Notes: generated by a model not told the origin, from the sequence alone. Numbered from the stretch's first letter, positions 19,145 through 28,455 are shown. The stretch is 50,912 bases of DNA from Candidatus Aquidulcis sp. (GCA_020723385.1 DYIZ01000025.1:1-50912), one strand, 5' to 3'. A program made the numbers and translations.

Positions 19145-20302
19145 ATGTCCGTAATTTACGTAACCAACGATGATGCACGAAATTTCGCCGTGACCTACGA
19201 AGATGGCGGCAGCCCGGCAAAACGGGCCGCATTGGAAGCCGGTTGGAAACGATTTCAACGCCCAGACCCGGCGACAGGCCAGTCCTACAATATCTGGTAC
19301 CGGTCTACCAATCATAACAAAGAAGTTCAGGTAGACCATTCGATGCCTGCCGGGTCGAAAGCCGGGCGTTATCGAGTGGAAGTCTTCGTCCCTGGAAAAC
19401 ACGCCACCAGCCGGCGGGTGATTTTTACCGTCGCACACAATTTCCGCGTCGAGCAGGGGCAGCCAGCTTACGATGACACGCTGTCTGTCGTCAATATGTA
19501 CGATCTCTTCGATGTCTGGTACCCATTGGGAGAGTTCGACCTGGATGTGGGCGCCAACCCCTGGAGCGGGCGGGTCCGCCAATACGATCTCAGCCTCGAA
19601 GAGCCGCCGATGGAGATGGCTTTTGGCCCGGTGCGCTGGGTGCCGATGTTCACGCAGCCCGGCGACGCCCCGAAATTCGACTCGCCAGTTGGCGGGCAGA
19701 CGGAGCGGGAAGGCCCCTTCTCGATGCAGCCCTCGAAGTGGGTCGGCTCATGGTTCGACTCCAATCCCTTCCTGAACTGGTATTTCCTCGGCTACCATAC
19801 CGGAGCCGATCTCAACCTCTCGATGTCTGCCGACGCCGACAAGAACGCCCCGATCTACGCGGTTGCCGATGGGGTGGTGATCTATGCCGGGCAAGGCAGC
19901 GGCAAGTGGGGCAAGATCGCCGTCATCGAGCATCCCGATGCGCAGGTGACTCTGCCTAACGGGCAATCCCAACGGCAGGTGGTGTATTCCCGTTACGGAC
20001 ATCTCTCGGATCAAATCCTGATCAAAAAAGGTGATGCGGTGCTGCGCGGCCAGCAGATTGGTTTCATCGGGCTGGCATTGGGCGTCACCTCCGGCTGGCA
20101 CCTGCACTTCGACATATCGCACAGCGGGATGCTGAAAACGAGACCCTCCCACTGGCCCGATATGACCAAAGTCAACGCCCTCAAAGCCGCCGGGAAAACC
20201 AACACGAAAGAATACCGCGACGCTCAAGCGGTGATTTTGCAAGCCGTCGTCGCGAATTACATTGACCCCCTGCGGTTCCTGAAAGCCAATCACGGGGTAT
20301 AG
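19145..20302 (+). CDS. Two-domain protein with no signal peptide: unknown N-terminal domain plus a C-terminal M23/LytM peptidase domain
   Basis: 385 aa. AGGAGG ribosome-binding site. The C-terminus holds M23 motifs (YHTGADL, IYAVADGVVIYAG, GWHLHFDI). No N-terminal hydrophobic segment. Confidence 0.75.
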   Translation: MSVIYVTNDDARNFAVTYEDGGSPAKRAALEAGWKRFQRPDPATGQSYNIWYRSTNHNKEVQVDHSMPAGSKAGRYRVEVFVPGKHATSRRVIFTVAHNFRVEQGQPAYDDTLSVVNMYDLFDVWYPLGEFDLDVGANPWSGRVRQYDLSLEEPPMEMAFGPVRWVPMFTQPGDAPKFDSPVGGQTEREGPFSMQPSKWVGSWFDSNPFLNWYFLGYHTGADLNLSMSADADKNAPIYAVADGVVIYAGQGSGKWGKIAVIEHPDAQVTLPNGQSQRQVVYSRYGHLSDQILIKKGDAVLRGQQIGFIGLALGVTSGWHLHFDISHSGMLKTRPSHWPDMTKVNALKAAGKTNTKEYRDAQAVILQAVVANYIDPLRFLKANHGV

Positions 20303-20309
20303 AAGAATG

Positions 20310-20362
20310 CCCGAAATTGAAGTGTGCAGGTGGCTACGCTGCCTGCACACTTCAATTTCGGG
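20310..20362. terminator. Bidirectional terminator hairpin between the convergent M23 and proS genes
   Basis: Perfect 21-bp stem cccgaaattgaagtgtgcagg / cctgcacacttcaatttcggg with an 11-nt loop. Confidence 0.6.
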
Positions 20363-20410
20363 CCTCTGTTGTATTCAAGCCGGGGGAGTCTGAATTTATT
20401 TTACGTGAAG

Positions 20411-22201
20411 CTAACTTTCGTACCGCGCAGCCACAACTTTAGCTGAAATCTCTGTTTTCAAACCAACGATCTCTTCCTGAATCCGGGAGACTACCTCGCC
20501 AAATGGGATGATAACTTTCTCCGTTTGGTCGCGGCGCTTGAATTCCACACCGCCCTGCTTGCGCGCCCGCTCGCTCACCGTCAGCCGGATGGGCAGGCCA
20601 ATCAGATCGGCATCGTTGAACTTGATACCGGGGCTTTCCTCGCGGTCGTCCCACAGCGTCTCGATGCCCGCGGCCCACAGATTGTGATACAGCCTCTCGG
20701 CGGTATTTCCTGTTTCGCCGGTATCCTGCCTGCCTTTCAGCTCGACCAGATGCACCGCAAACGGCGCGACCGTAATCGGCCAGACCAACCCATACTCGTC
20801 ATGATGTTCTTCGGCCACACAGGCCAGCAGCCGCCCGCTGCCGATGCCGTATGATCCCATGATGATGGGTTTCTCGTTGCCTTCTTTGTCCACGAAGTTT
20901 GCGCCCATCGCCTCGGAATAACGTATGCCCAGCTTGAAGATGTTGCCCGTCTCGACGCCGCGTACTGCCCGCATCGGCATCCCGCATTCGGGGCAGGAGC
21001 TGCCCTCTCCCGCGGACGCGATGTCTATGACCAGATCGGCATCATAATCGCGCCCGTAATTGGTGTTGATGAGGTGGTAGCCAGCTTCATTGGCCCCAGC
21101 AGCCAGGTTTGGCGACTGTGGGACGGCATCATCCACAATGATGAGCACACGCGACAACCCTACGGGTGATGCGTAACCCGGCTCGGCCCCCACCGCCCGA
21201 ATCTCTTCTTCGGTGGCGGGACGCATCGAGCGGGCTTTGACGGCGTTGGCCAGCTTGGTTTCGTTGACTTCCATATCGCCGCGCACCACGGCAAACACAA
21301 ATCGGTCGAGAGTGGTTTCACCCTGGGGGATAGTCGCGGGCGAGGAAATCGTCGCCATCATAAACACAGCCTTGGCCGTCTTGGATTTTGGAATCCCAAG
21401 AAAGTTCGCTAAATCCTCGATGGTCTTGCAATCCGGCGTGGCAACTTGCATCGCGGGCAGCTCGGCCTCGTGAGGCGGACTATCCTTGCGAAAGCGCGCC
21501 ACCTGCCGGTTGGCTGAGTAGCCGCAGTCGCAAATTAACAGCGTGTCCTCGCCAAACGGGGTCAGGTACATATACTCATGCGCCAACTGCCCGCCCATCA
21601 TGCCGGTGTCGGATTTGACGGCGATCACCGGCAGACCGCAGCGGTGAAAGATGTTGAAATAAGCCTGGTAATGAGCGCGGTACTGCCGGTCGAGGCCTTC
21701 CCAATCGGCGTCCAGGCTGTAGGAATCTTTCATGGTGAACTCACGCACCCGGATGAGACCGGCGCGCGGGCGGGGATCGTCGCGCCACTTGGTTTGCACG
21801 TGATAGATCAACTGCGGAAGCTGGCGGTACGAGTGGATTTCTTTGCGGGCCAGGTCCGTGACAACTTCCTCGTGGGTCATTGCCAGCGCCATATCGCGCC
21901 CGCCGCGATCCTTGAAGCGCCCCATCTCGGCGTCAATCTGGAACCAGCGCCCGGTCTCTTTCCAGAGGTCGGCGGGGTGGACGACCGGCATGGTCACTTC
22001 CTGCCCGCCGATGGCTTCGATCTCCTGCCGGATGATAGCCTCGATCTTGTTGAGGGCGCGCCGCGCCAGGGGGAGATAGCTGAAAATCCCTGCCGCCACG
22101 GGCCGGATATACCCGGCGCGCAGCAATAGTTGATGGCTGGGGATTTCGGCGTCTGTCGGCGCTTCGCGCAAGGTTGTGGAAAAGAGACGGGATAGTTTCA
22201 T
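20411..22201 (-). CDS. proS: Prolyl-tRNA synthetase, bacterial type with editing domain
   Basis: 596 aa starting MKLSRLFSTTLREAPTDAEIPSHQLLLRAGYIRP…, with class II aminoacyl-tRNA synthetase motifs. AGGAGG ribosome-binding site. Confidence 0.95.
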   Translation of the reverse strand: MKLSRLFSTTLREAPTDAEIPSHQLLLRAGYIRPVAAGIFSYLPLARRALNKIEAIIRQEIEAIGGQEVTMPVVHPADLWKETGRWFQIDAEMGRFKDRGGRDMALAMTHEEVVTDLARKEIHSYRQLPQLIYHVQTKWRDDPRPRAGLIRVREFTMKDSYSLDADWEGLDRQYRAHYQAYFNIFHRCGLPVIAVKSDTGMMGGQLAHEYMYLTPFGEDTLLICDCGYSANRQVARFRKDSPPHEAELPAMQVATPDCKTIEDLANFLGIPKSKTAKAVFMMATISSPATIPQGETTLDRFVFAVVRGDMEVNETKLANAVKARSMRPATEEEIRAVGAEPGYASPVGLSRVLIIVDDAVPQSPNLAAGANEAGYHLINTNYGRDYDADLVIDIASAGEGSSCPECGMPMRAVRGVETGNIFKLGIRYSEAMGANFVDKEGNEKPIIMGSYGIGSGRLLACVAEEHHDEYGLVWPITVAPFAVHLVELKGRQDTGETGNTAERLYHNLWAAGIETLWDDREESPGIKFNDADLIGLPIRLTVSERARKQGGVEFKRRDQTEKVIIPFGEVVSRIQEEIVGLKTEISAKVVAARYES

Positions 22202-22220
22202 GAGGTCCTCCTGTGAGGTC

Positions 22221-22261
22221 TAAAATAAACCGCCCTCTGGTTTTCGGTCCAGAGGGCGGGT
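22221..22261 (-). terminator. Terminator-like hairpin plus U-tract 30 nt upstream of the proS start codon; terminator of brnA and/or a proS leader attenuator
   Basis: The minus strand reads cccgccctctgg-accgaaaa-ccagagggcgg TTTATTTTAG, then cctcacAGGAGGacctc ATG. Confidence 0.55.
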
Positions 22262-22378
22262 GAAATTCGAGATGATTACCTGCCAAGGGTCAAGAGACCG
22301 AAAGCCTTTTGGAATTGCGGTTCGCAGGGGCAGGGGATGGCAGGTAAGCGGTGGATGTCATGGGCGCATTTTACCACA

Positions 22379-22648
22379 TTATGGTTTTGTTTCGATGGCG
22401 CGTTCCTGAAGCCAAATGTTGGCTAAACTTTCGACACCGATGCCTCTTTTTTGAGCAATGTCTTCGAGTTTGGTGAGAAGATCTGGGTCTATTGCAATGT
22501 AATGGTGGCGGATGTGGAGATCGAAACTCATTTCTACCTGTTGAGTTTGTCCGTCGAAATCGGTGGCATCATGTGTATCCCAAAATTCGGCCATCTGAGC
22601 AACTGAGCGCGAACGGGAAATGCTGCTGAGGTCATTTTTTTCTTCCAT
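22379..22648 (-). CDS. brnA: BrnA-like antitoxin
   Basis: 89 aa with the EFWDTHDATDF motif typical of BrnA. It overlaps the upstream brnT gene by 17 nt, with the toxin gene first as in BrnTA modules. Confidence 0.7.
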   Translation of the reverse strand: MEEKNDLSSISRSRSVAQMAEFWDTHDATDFDGQTQQVEMSFDLHIRHHYIAIDPDLLTKLEDIAQKRGIGVESLANIWLQERAIETKP

Positions 22649-22919
22649 AAGTTTGTTTCTCCTTACTCGTCATGTCTCGTGCCGTCACGATTAAAGCTGC
22701 TGCAGAAGTTTTTCGGATGAAATATATCGCGAGATAACGTCCACCTGCAGTTTGCCCGAATGCAGCATATAAGTCTTCGTCTGGCCTGAGACCTTTTTCC
22801 ATAAAACGAATATGAGGGAAGGTCTCTACTACTTGTTCAACTTCGATTGCTCGCACATGGTGTTTTCGGAATATTTTTTCTTCCACATCAGCAAGCCAGA
22901 TTATTTCTCTGATTATCAC
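22632..22919 (-). CDS. brnT: BrnT-like (DUF497) ribonuclease toxin
   Basis: 95 aa. The pattern W..D..K..KH.V..E.E.V…GQTAGGRYLAIYFIRK…IVTARDMTSKEKQTY matches the BrnT family. Confidence 0.7.
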   Translation of the reverse strand: MIIREIIWLADVEEKIFRKHHVRAIEVEQVVETFPHIRFMEKGLRPDEDLYAAFGQTAGGRYLAIYFIRKTSAAALIVTARDMTSKEKQTYGRKK

Positions 22920-23052
22920 CTCGTGCGCCTCCTAAATACTCATGTTATCCGGATTATATCACCCGCTAACGCTGGAATTTCAAGTGCATACCATTTCACT
23001 TTTGTTCGATAGCTATATTTGCGGGACCGTTCTGATGATAATGGGAGCGTGC

Positions 23053-23979
23053 TCATCGCCAAACCTTGCGCTCATCCAGGCGATGCAGCCCGGCCGCCAG
23101 CGCCATCTCGACTGCGGCCTGGTATTCCTGCCGCGTAACCGGACGGTTGAGCTTTGGAAACTGCCGGGCGTTATAGGCTGGTTTGTACTGATCCATCAAA
23201 TTGATATACGTATCGGGCGATATATCTTTGGCAATGAACTCGACAATCTCGGCTGTGCCTCCCAGCCCGTTGGGCAGCACGAGATGCCGGACGAGCAGCC
23301 CGCGCGTGGCGACGCCGTGCTCGTCGAGCTGCAAATCGCCCACCTGGCGGTGCATCTCCCGCACGGCAGACTGGTTGATCTGCGGATAATTGCGGATGCG
23401 CGAATAGTGCAGGCCAATTTGAGCGTTGGCGTATTTCATATCTGGCATGTAGATGTCAATCACCCCGTCGAGCAGGCGCAGGGTGTCGAGCGAGTCGTAC
23501 CCTCCGGTGTTGTAGACCAATGGGATGCACAGCCCCCGCTCGGCTGCGATCACTGTCGCAGCCAGGATTTGCGGTACAACGTGGCTGGGAGAGACAAAAT
23601 TGATGTTGTGGCATCCTGAAGCCTGCAACTTCAGCATAATGGCGGCCAAAGTTTCCGGCGAGATCTCCTCGCCGGCGTCAGTCTGGCTGATGTCGTGATT
23701 CTGGCAATACTGGCAGCGCAGGTTGCAGTGTGTAAAGAAGATGGTCCCCGAGCCGCGCCAACCCCGTAATGGGTCTTCCTCCCCATGATGCGGGCCATAA
23801 CTACTGAGCTTTGCCCGCTCGCCGGTGCGGCACACGCCCAATTGCCCGGCAAGCCGGTCGGCCTGGCATTCACGCGGGCACAAACAGCACTGCGCCAACC
23901 GGGCATAGGCAGCCTGGGCGCGTTTTGATAATTCCCCCGATTGCAGGAGCGCCAGATAAGCCGGTGTGGACTTGCTCAT
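23053..23979 (-). CDS. Radical SAM protein of the PflX / COG1313 type (pyruvate-formate-lyase-activase-like)
   Basis: 308 aa. CNLRCQYC (Cx3Cx2C) radical SAM cluster motif plus an N-terminal extra Cys motif CCLCPRECQ. Confidence 0.8.
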   Translation of the reverse strand: MSKSTPAYLALLQSGELSKRAQAAYARLAQCCLCPRECQADRLAGQLGVCRTGERAKLSSYGPHHGEEDPLRGWRGSGTIFFTHCNLRCQYCQNHDISQTDAGEEISPETLAAIMLKLQASGCHNINFVSPSHVVPQILAATVIAAERGLCIPLVYNTGGYDSLDTLRLLDGVIDIYMPDMKYANAQIGLHYSRIRNYPQINQSAVREMHRQVGDLQLDEHGVATRGLLVRHLVLPNGLGGTAEIVEFIAKDISPDTYINLMDQYKPAYNARQFPKLNRPVTRQEYQAAVEMALAAGLHRLDERKVWR

Positions 23980-23983
23980 TTGG

Positions 23984-25027
23984 TCATTTGTGCTTTTCGA
24001 GAGTCTCGATCAGCGCATCGTAAGCTGGTTTGGGACGATAATCTCCATCCAAAACGAGCGCAGATCCCCAGCCCTCGTAGAAATAGGGAATCCACGAGTG
24101 GGCGTCGGTCAGCCCCCACAGGCTGAAAGCCGTGCAATTCTCGGCTTCCAGGCACACGCCCAAAACTTCGCGGAAAATATCCGCTTGCATTTCCAGCGCG
24201 CCCTCAGGGACTGGCTGATCAATGCGCACATCCATCTCGGTGATCTGCACTTGCAGCCCCAGGTCGTTCAACCGCTGCATGTTGGCGGCGATCTCCGCCG
24301 GAGGCGGCGACCAGACGTAGTACACGTGGGTTTGGAAGCCAACGCCATGAACAGGGACACCCTTGGCCAATAAATCTTTCATCAGGTTGTAAACTCCGCC
24401 CGATTTGGGATTCAGCCCCTCCGCATTGAAATCGTTGTACAGCAGAACCGCATCGGGATCGGCCTCATGCGCCCAGCGGAATGCCCACTCGATGTAGTCC
24501 GGCCCGATGTTCTGCATCCAGAAATTATCTGCCAACACGCCCTCGTCGGTCATCGCCTCGTTGACTACGACCCAATATTTGATACGCCCGCGATAGCGCC
24601 CGACGACGGTGGCGATGTGATCGTGCAGCACATCCATCAACGTTTCACGCGTCCAATCGCCATTCATCAGCCAATCGGGATTCTGGTTTTGCCAGACGAG
24701 TGCGTGCGCCTCGACTGACATACCATGCGCCTCGGCAAACTCGACGATGGTATCGGCCTCATCGAAAGTATATTCATCCGGGTTGGGGTGGGTTGGCTCG
24801 AACTTGAGGGCATTCTCGGTAGCGACGAGGTTGAACTCGCGGGCAGTTGTTGAGCCATAGGGATCAGTTCTTAGCCCCGAACCGCCCACCGAGACGCCGA
24901 AATCCAGCCCGCGTGCATCTGCCAATGAGCGCAGCGTCGGCTTGAATGCCCAACGGCTCACGCCAAACGCGCCAAATCCAACCAAAACGCAGATCACGAT
25001 ACTTCCAAATATTCTGAAGCGCATCAA
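23984..25027 (-). CDS. GH10 endo-1,4-beta-xylanase, secreted or membrane-anchored
   Basis: 347 aa with an N-terminal hydrophobic segment. GH10 motifs (…LVATENALKFE…, WVVVNEAM, ITEMDV). Confidence 0.85.
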   Translation of the reverse strand: MMRFRIFGSIVICVLVGFGAFGVSRWAFKPTLRSLADARGLDFGVSVGGSGLRTDPYGSTTAREFNLVATENALKFEPTHPNPDEYTFDEADTIVEFAEAHGMSVEAHALVWQNQNPDWLMNGDWTRETLMDVLHDHIATVVGRYRGRIKYWVVVNEAMTDEGVLADNFWMQNIGPDYIEWAFRWAHEADPDAVLLYNDFNAEGLNPKSGGVYNLMKDLLAKGVPVHGVGFQTHVYYVWSPPPAEIAANMQRLNDLGLQVQITEMDVRIDQPVPEGALEMQADIFREVLGVCLEAENCTAFSLWGLTDAHSWIPYFYEGWGSALVLDGDYRPKPAYDALIETLEKHK

Positions 25028-25136
25028 AGTCTTACTCCTTATAGCTCTCCCGCTACTGGCGGGAATGTTTCCAGGGTTTCTTTCGTCAGCAACGAAAACT
25101 TAACTTATGCAACTTTCAATCTGCAAACCTTCAACC

Positions 25137-26114
25137 TTATTGATACACTTCCGGGTTGACGCAATTCGGCAGCCGCCGCCCTGCCAGCCCTGCGAGCAGA
25201 TTGTCACAGGCCAGCTCGGCCATGCGGCGGCGGGTGTTGTGCGTCGCCGAGCCGATGTGCGGGACGATCAGGCAGTTTGGCAGGCTGTAGAGGGGATGAT
25301 CGGGCGGCAGCGGCTCCGGATCGGTCACGTCGAGCGCCGCGGCGGCGATCTGCTCGCTGCGCAGCGCGACGATCAGCGCCGGGGTATCCACGATAGGACC
25401 GCGCGCCGCGTTGATCAGTATCGCTGTGGGCTTCATCAACCGCAGGGTTTCGGCGTTGACCAGGCGGCGCGTCTCGGCCGTGAGCGGGCAGTGCAGGCTG
25501 ATGATGTCGCTCTGCCGGAAAAGCATTTCCAACGGCAGCTTTTCGGCTGCCACGGCTGTCTCTATCTCCGGGCTGGCAACTTCATCCGAATAAACCAGCC
25601 GCATCCCGAAGGCCTTCGCCCGTATCGCCACGGCTTTACCGATCTTCCCCATCCCGACGATGCCCAGCGTCGCCCCGCTGAGATCCATCCCCAGCCAGCC
25701 GGCGGGACGCCAGGTGCTCCAGCGGCCTTCGCGGGCATCGTTCGCCGATTGGGGCAGGCCGCGCGCCGCGGACATCAGCAGCGCCATCGTCAGATCGGCA
25801 GTGGCCTCGGTGAGCACACCGGGCGTATTGCCCACCGGGATGCCGCGCGCGGTGCAGGCCGGTACATCAATATTATCGTAACCAACCGCCATGTTGCTGA
25901 CCACGCGCAGGCGCGGCGCCCGCGTGAGCAAATCGGCGCGGATGGGGATGGTCAGCAGGCAGAAAATTCCTTCGGCTTCGGGTAAATGGGTTTCGAGCGC
26001 CGGGTCGAAGCGGGTGGCATCCACCGGGCCGGTGACGGCGCGCACGCGGCCTTCGAGCGCAGCCATCCAGTCTTCGGGCAGGGTATGGGTGATGAGAACG
26101 AGTGGGAGGGGCAT
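25137..26114 (-). CDS. D-isomer-specific 2-hydroxyacid dehydrogenase (glyoxylate/hydroxypyruvate reductase-like)
   Basis: The start is reassigned to MPLPLVLITH (ATG at 26114, GAAGG upstream). NAD-binding motif GIVGMGKIGKAVA. Catalytic motif …LINAARG…HIGSAT. Confidence 0.85.
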   Translation of the reverse strand: MPLPLVLITHTLPEDWMAALEGRVRAVTGPVDATRFDPALETHLPEAEGIFCLLTIPIRADLLTRAPRLRVVSNMAVGYDNIDVPACTARGIPVGNTPGVLTEATADLTMALLMSAARGLPQSANDAREGRWSTWRPAGWLGMDLSGATLGIVGMGKIGKAVAIRAKAFGMRLVYSDEVASPEIETAVAAEKLPLEMLFRQSDIISLHCPLTAETRRLVNAETLRLMKPTAILINAARGPIVDTPALIVALRSEQIAAAALDVTDPEPLPPDHPLYSLPNCLIVPHIGSATHNTRRRMAELACDNLLAGLAGRRLPNCVNPEVYQ

Positions 26115-26195
26115 GTTCGACCTTCGTGGTTTATGGCGAATAGCATGTTCGGTAGATTCAAGCACGCCATACGCCATAAGCTATATGCCATACGT

Positions 26196-27209
26196 TTATG
26201 TCTGGCGCTGCAATAGCTTCAGCGCCAGCTCGCGCAAGGCTTCGCCTGACTCGCCTTGGGGCTGGGCATCGTCGAGGGCTTGCAGCGCCTGGGTGGTCAG
26301 GTTGTCGGCGGTTGCCTGGGCGGCGGCGCGTGCGCCCTCGGCTTCGAGCTGCCGGGCAAGGGTGATTGCTTCCTCGGGCTGGATTGATCCTGCTGCCCAG
26401 CGCGCCGCAAATGGCCCGCGTTGATCCAGCCCATAGAGCACGGGCAGCGATTTTTTACCGGCAACCAGGTCGCTCTCGGATGATTTTCCGGTCAGCGCCG
26501 CGTCGCCCCAGATGCCTAATAGATCATCCTGCACCTGGAAAGCCAGCCCCAGCAGGCGTCCAAATTCGCGGTAGTTTTCCCGCGCGGCGCGGTCTGCGTT
26601 GGCAGTCAGCGCGCCCAGGTCGGTACAGGCAGCCAGGAGGGCGGCGGTTTTGCCGCCGATCATCGGCCAGTAATCGTTAGCAGTAAGGTCGCGGCGGGTT
26701 TCGTAAGCGATGTCGAGATGCTGGCCCTGGGTGAGATGGAGACAAGTCTGCTGAATGATGCGCGTAGCCATAATGGTGGTTTCAACCGAGAGCGTATCGG
26801 CGAGCCGCAGGGCTTCCAAATGCGCCAGGCTGAACAATGCATCGCCAGCGTTGATCGCCTGCGGGATGCCCCACAGCTTCCACAGGGTGGGCCGCCCGCG
26901 CCGCAGCGGGCTGTTATCCTCGATGTCGTCGTGAATGAGGGAAAAGTTGTGTACCAGCTCGACCGCGGCCGCAGCGGGCAGGGCGCGCTCCCACTCGCCG
27001 GTAGCAGCCGCACAGGTCAATAGCACTAACAGGGGACGGATACGCTTGCCGGTCGCAGAGGGGCCAGCGCCCTCGCCTTCCCAACCCATGTGGTAAGCCA
27101 GCATGTGATGGAGCATATCCATACCCGGCGCTTTGACATCGGCCACGGCGCGGCGCAGTTCGTCTTCGACGGCGGGGAGCATGGATTGGATGAGGGATTG
27201 CAGGGGCAT
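26196..27209 (-). CDS. idsA: Polyprenyl diphosphate synthase (geranylgeranyl-diphosphate-synthase-like)
   Basis: Trans-isoprenyl diphosphate synthase motifs LIHDDIED (first DDxxD) and FQVQDDLLG (second). The start is taken at MPLQSLIQ (27209). The 120-aa N-terminal extension in the supplied ORF track is Arg/Gly-rich and unlikely to be real. The start is not certain. Confidence 0.8.
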   Translation of the reverse strand: MPLQSLIQSMLPAVEDELRRAVADVKAPGMDMLHHMLAYHMGWEGEGAGPSATGKRIRPLLVLLTCAAATGEWERALPAAAAVELVHNFSLIHDDIEDNSPLRRGRPTLWKLWGIPQAINAGDALFSLAHLEALRLADTLSVETTIMATRIIQQTCLHLTQGQHLDIAYETRRDLTANDYWPMIGGKTAALLAACTDLGALTANADRAARENYREFGRLLGLAFQVQDDLLGIWGDAALTGKSSESDLVAGKKSLPVLYGLDQRGPFAARWAAGSIQPEEAITLARQLEAEGARAAAQATADNLTTQALQALDDAQPQGESGEALRELALKLLQRQT

Positions 27210-27271
27210 ACGGATTGCTTTGTCGGACACACTTTTACTCTGAGGATGGCCGGAAATCGAATTTGCCTCTT

Positions 27272-28309
27272 TTACTTGCGGGAATCCTCGACCAATGGGG
27301 TAGCCTGGAGTTGGGAGATACTCCCAGCCCCGGCGGCGAACATGCAAACCTGGATTGCGCGGCGCAGCTCGGCGATGGTCTGAAGCACGGCTTCCGGTGA
27401 TATTGCCGCCGCCTTCAGGAATGGCCCAGCCATGCCGCCCAGCGACGCGCCCAGGGCAAGGCACTTGGCGATGTCTGTTCCGGTACGCAGCCCGCCGGAA
27501 GCGAGTACTGTCATCGCCGGGGCGACACGGCGTACGTTGAGGATCGCCTCGGCGGTGGGAATGCCCCAATCAACGAAAGCTGCCGCCAGCCGCCGCTGGC
27601 TCTCACTTTGGGCGCGATGCATCTCCACCTGCGTCCACGAGGTTCCCCCGGCTCCGGCGACCTCAATCGCCGAGACGCCAGCCGCCGCCAGATGCCAGAC
27701 ATCCTCCTCCGAGAAACCCCAGCCCACTTCTTTGGCGATCACCGGCGCCGGCAGCGCCCGGCAAACTTGCTCGATCTTCCTGAGCAGACCGGCAAAACGG
27801 GTATTGCCCTCCGGCTGGACGGCTTCTTGCAGTGCGTTGAAATGTAGGATGAGCGCGTCGGCCTCGATCATATCTACCGCCCGCTGGCATTGCTCCAGCC
27901 CATATCCGTAATTGAGCTGCACCGCTCCCAGGTTGGCGAAAAGCAAAATATCCGGCGCGACCTGCCGTACGCGAAACGTATCGGCCAATGCAGGGTCTTC
28001 GATAGCCGCCCGCTGCGAGCCGACTCCCATGGCGATGCCGGCCTCCTGGGCAGCGGCTGCCAGGGCGAGGTTAATGGCGGTCGTCTCGCCTGCCCCGCCG
28101 GTCATCGAGGAAATGAGCAGCGGCGTTTGCAAGCGTTTGCCGAACAGCGGCACGCTGAGATCAATATCGTCAAGATCCAACTCGGGCAGAGCGCGGTGGA
28201 CGAAACGATAGCGCTCCAAACCGGTCGTCAGGCCGGAGCGAACATCTTCTTCCAGGTTGATGCGAATGTGATCGGATTTGCGGCTGCTGGTGAGAGAGTT
28301 GTCGGGCAT
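27272..28309 (-). CDS. fni: Type 2 (FMN-dependent) isopentenyl-diphosphate delta-isomerase
   Basis: 345 aa beginning …SRKSDHIRI…, with the glycolate-oxidase-like TIM barrel typical of IDI-2. Confidence 0.9.
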   Translation of the reverse strand: MPDNSLTSSRKSDHIRINLEEDVRSGLTTGLERYRFVHRALPELDLDDIDLSVPLFGKRLQTPLLISSMTGGAGETTAINLALAAAAQEAGIAMGVGSQRAAIEDPALADTFRVRQVAPDILLFANLGAVQLNYGYGLEQCQRAVDMIEADALILHFNALQEAVQPEGNTRFAGLLRKIEQVCRALPAPVIAKEVGWGFSEEDVWHLAAAGVSAIEVAGAGGTSWTQVEMHRAQSESQRRLAAAFVDWGIPTAEAILNVRRVAPAMTVLASGGLRTGTDIAKCLALGASLGGMAGPFLKAAAISPEAVLQTIAELRRAIQVCMFAAGAGSISQLQATPLVEDSRK

Positions 28310-28372
28310 GAGCGTAACTTCTGAAATAGGGCGGGGTTTACTGTGACTGAGGTATATTACCAGCCTGGATAG

Positions 28373-28391
28373 GGGCTGTCAACGGCCTTGA
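28373..28391 (+). promoter_or_regulatory. 19-bp palindrome CTGTCAAcggccTTGACAG overlapping a TTGACA -35 element upstream of the orphan ACP gene
   Basis: TTGACA at 28385-28390 with a TACAAT-like -10 about 17 nt downstream. The palindrome overlaps the -35 and is a candidate repressor site. Confidence 0.3.
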
Positions 28392-28455
28392 CAGAATACT
28401 CAGCCGGGATACAATTGCCCCATCAGGTCAACCATTCCGTACAGGAGGATTTCTC

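Noticed and set aside
144-22221. Shared motif CCTGTGAGGTC in the sucD terminator (144-176) and just upstream of proS (22211-22221)
   Set aside because: An 11-nt match only, not part of a hairpin at the second site. Most likely coincidence.
22201-22378. A canonical T-box riboswitch in the proS leader
   Set aside because: I could not find the conserved T-box sequence or specifier-loop architecture by eye. Only a terminator-like hairpin is evident, so it is reported as a possible attenuator rather than a T-box.
26196-27569. N-terminal extensions in the supplied ORFs of idsA, the aldo/keto reductase (to 9754), the SCP2 gene (from 18669), the DUF1360 gene (from 32440), the solute-binding-like gene (to 36222), GH4 (to 39698), the metalloprotease (to 32417) and the family-5 binding protein (to 31005)
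   Set aside because: The extensions lack ribosome-binding sites, overlap upstream genes or consist of low-complexity sequence. Internal ATGs with good Shine-Dalgarno sequences coincide with the start of homology.
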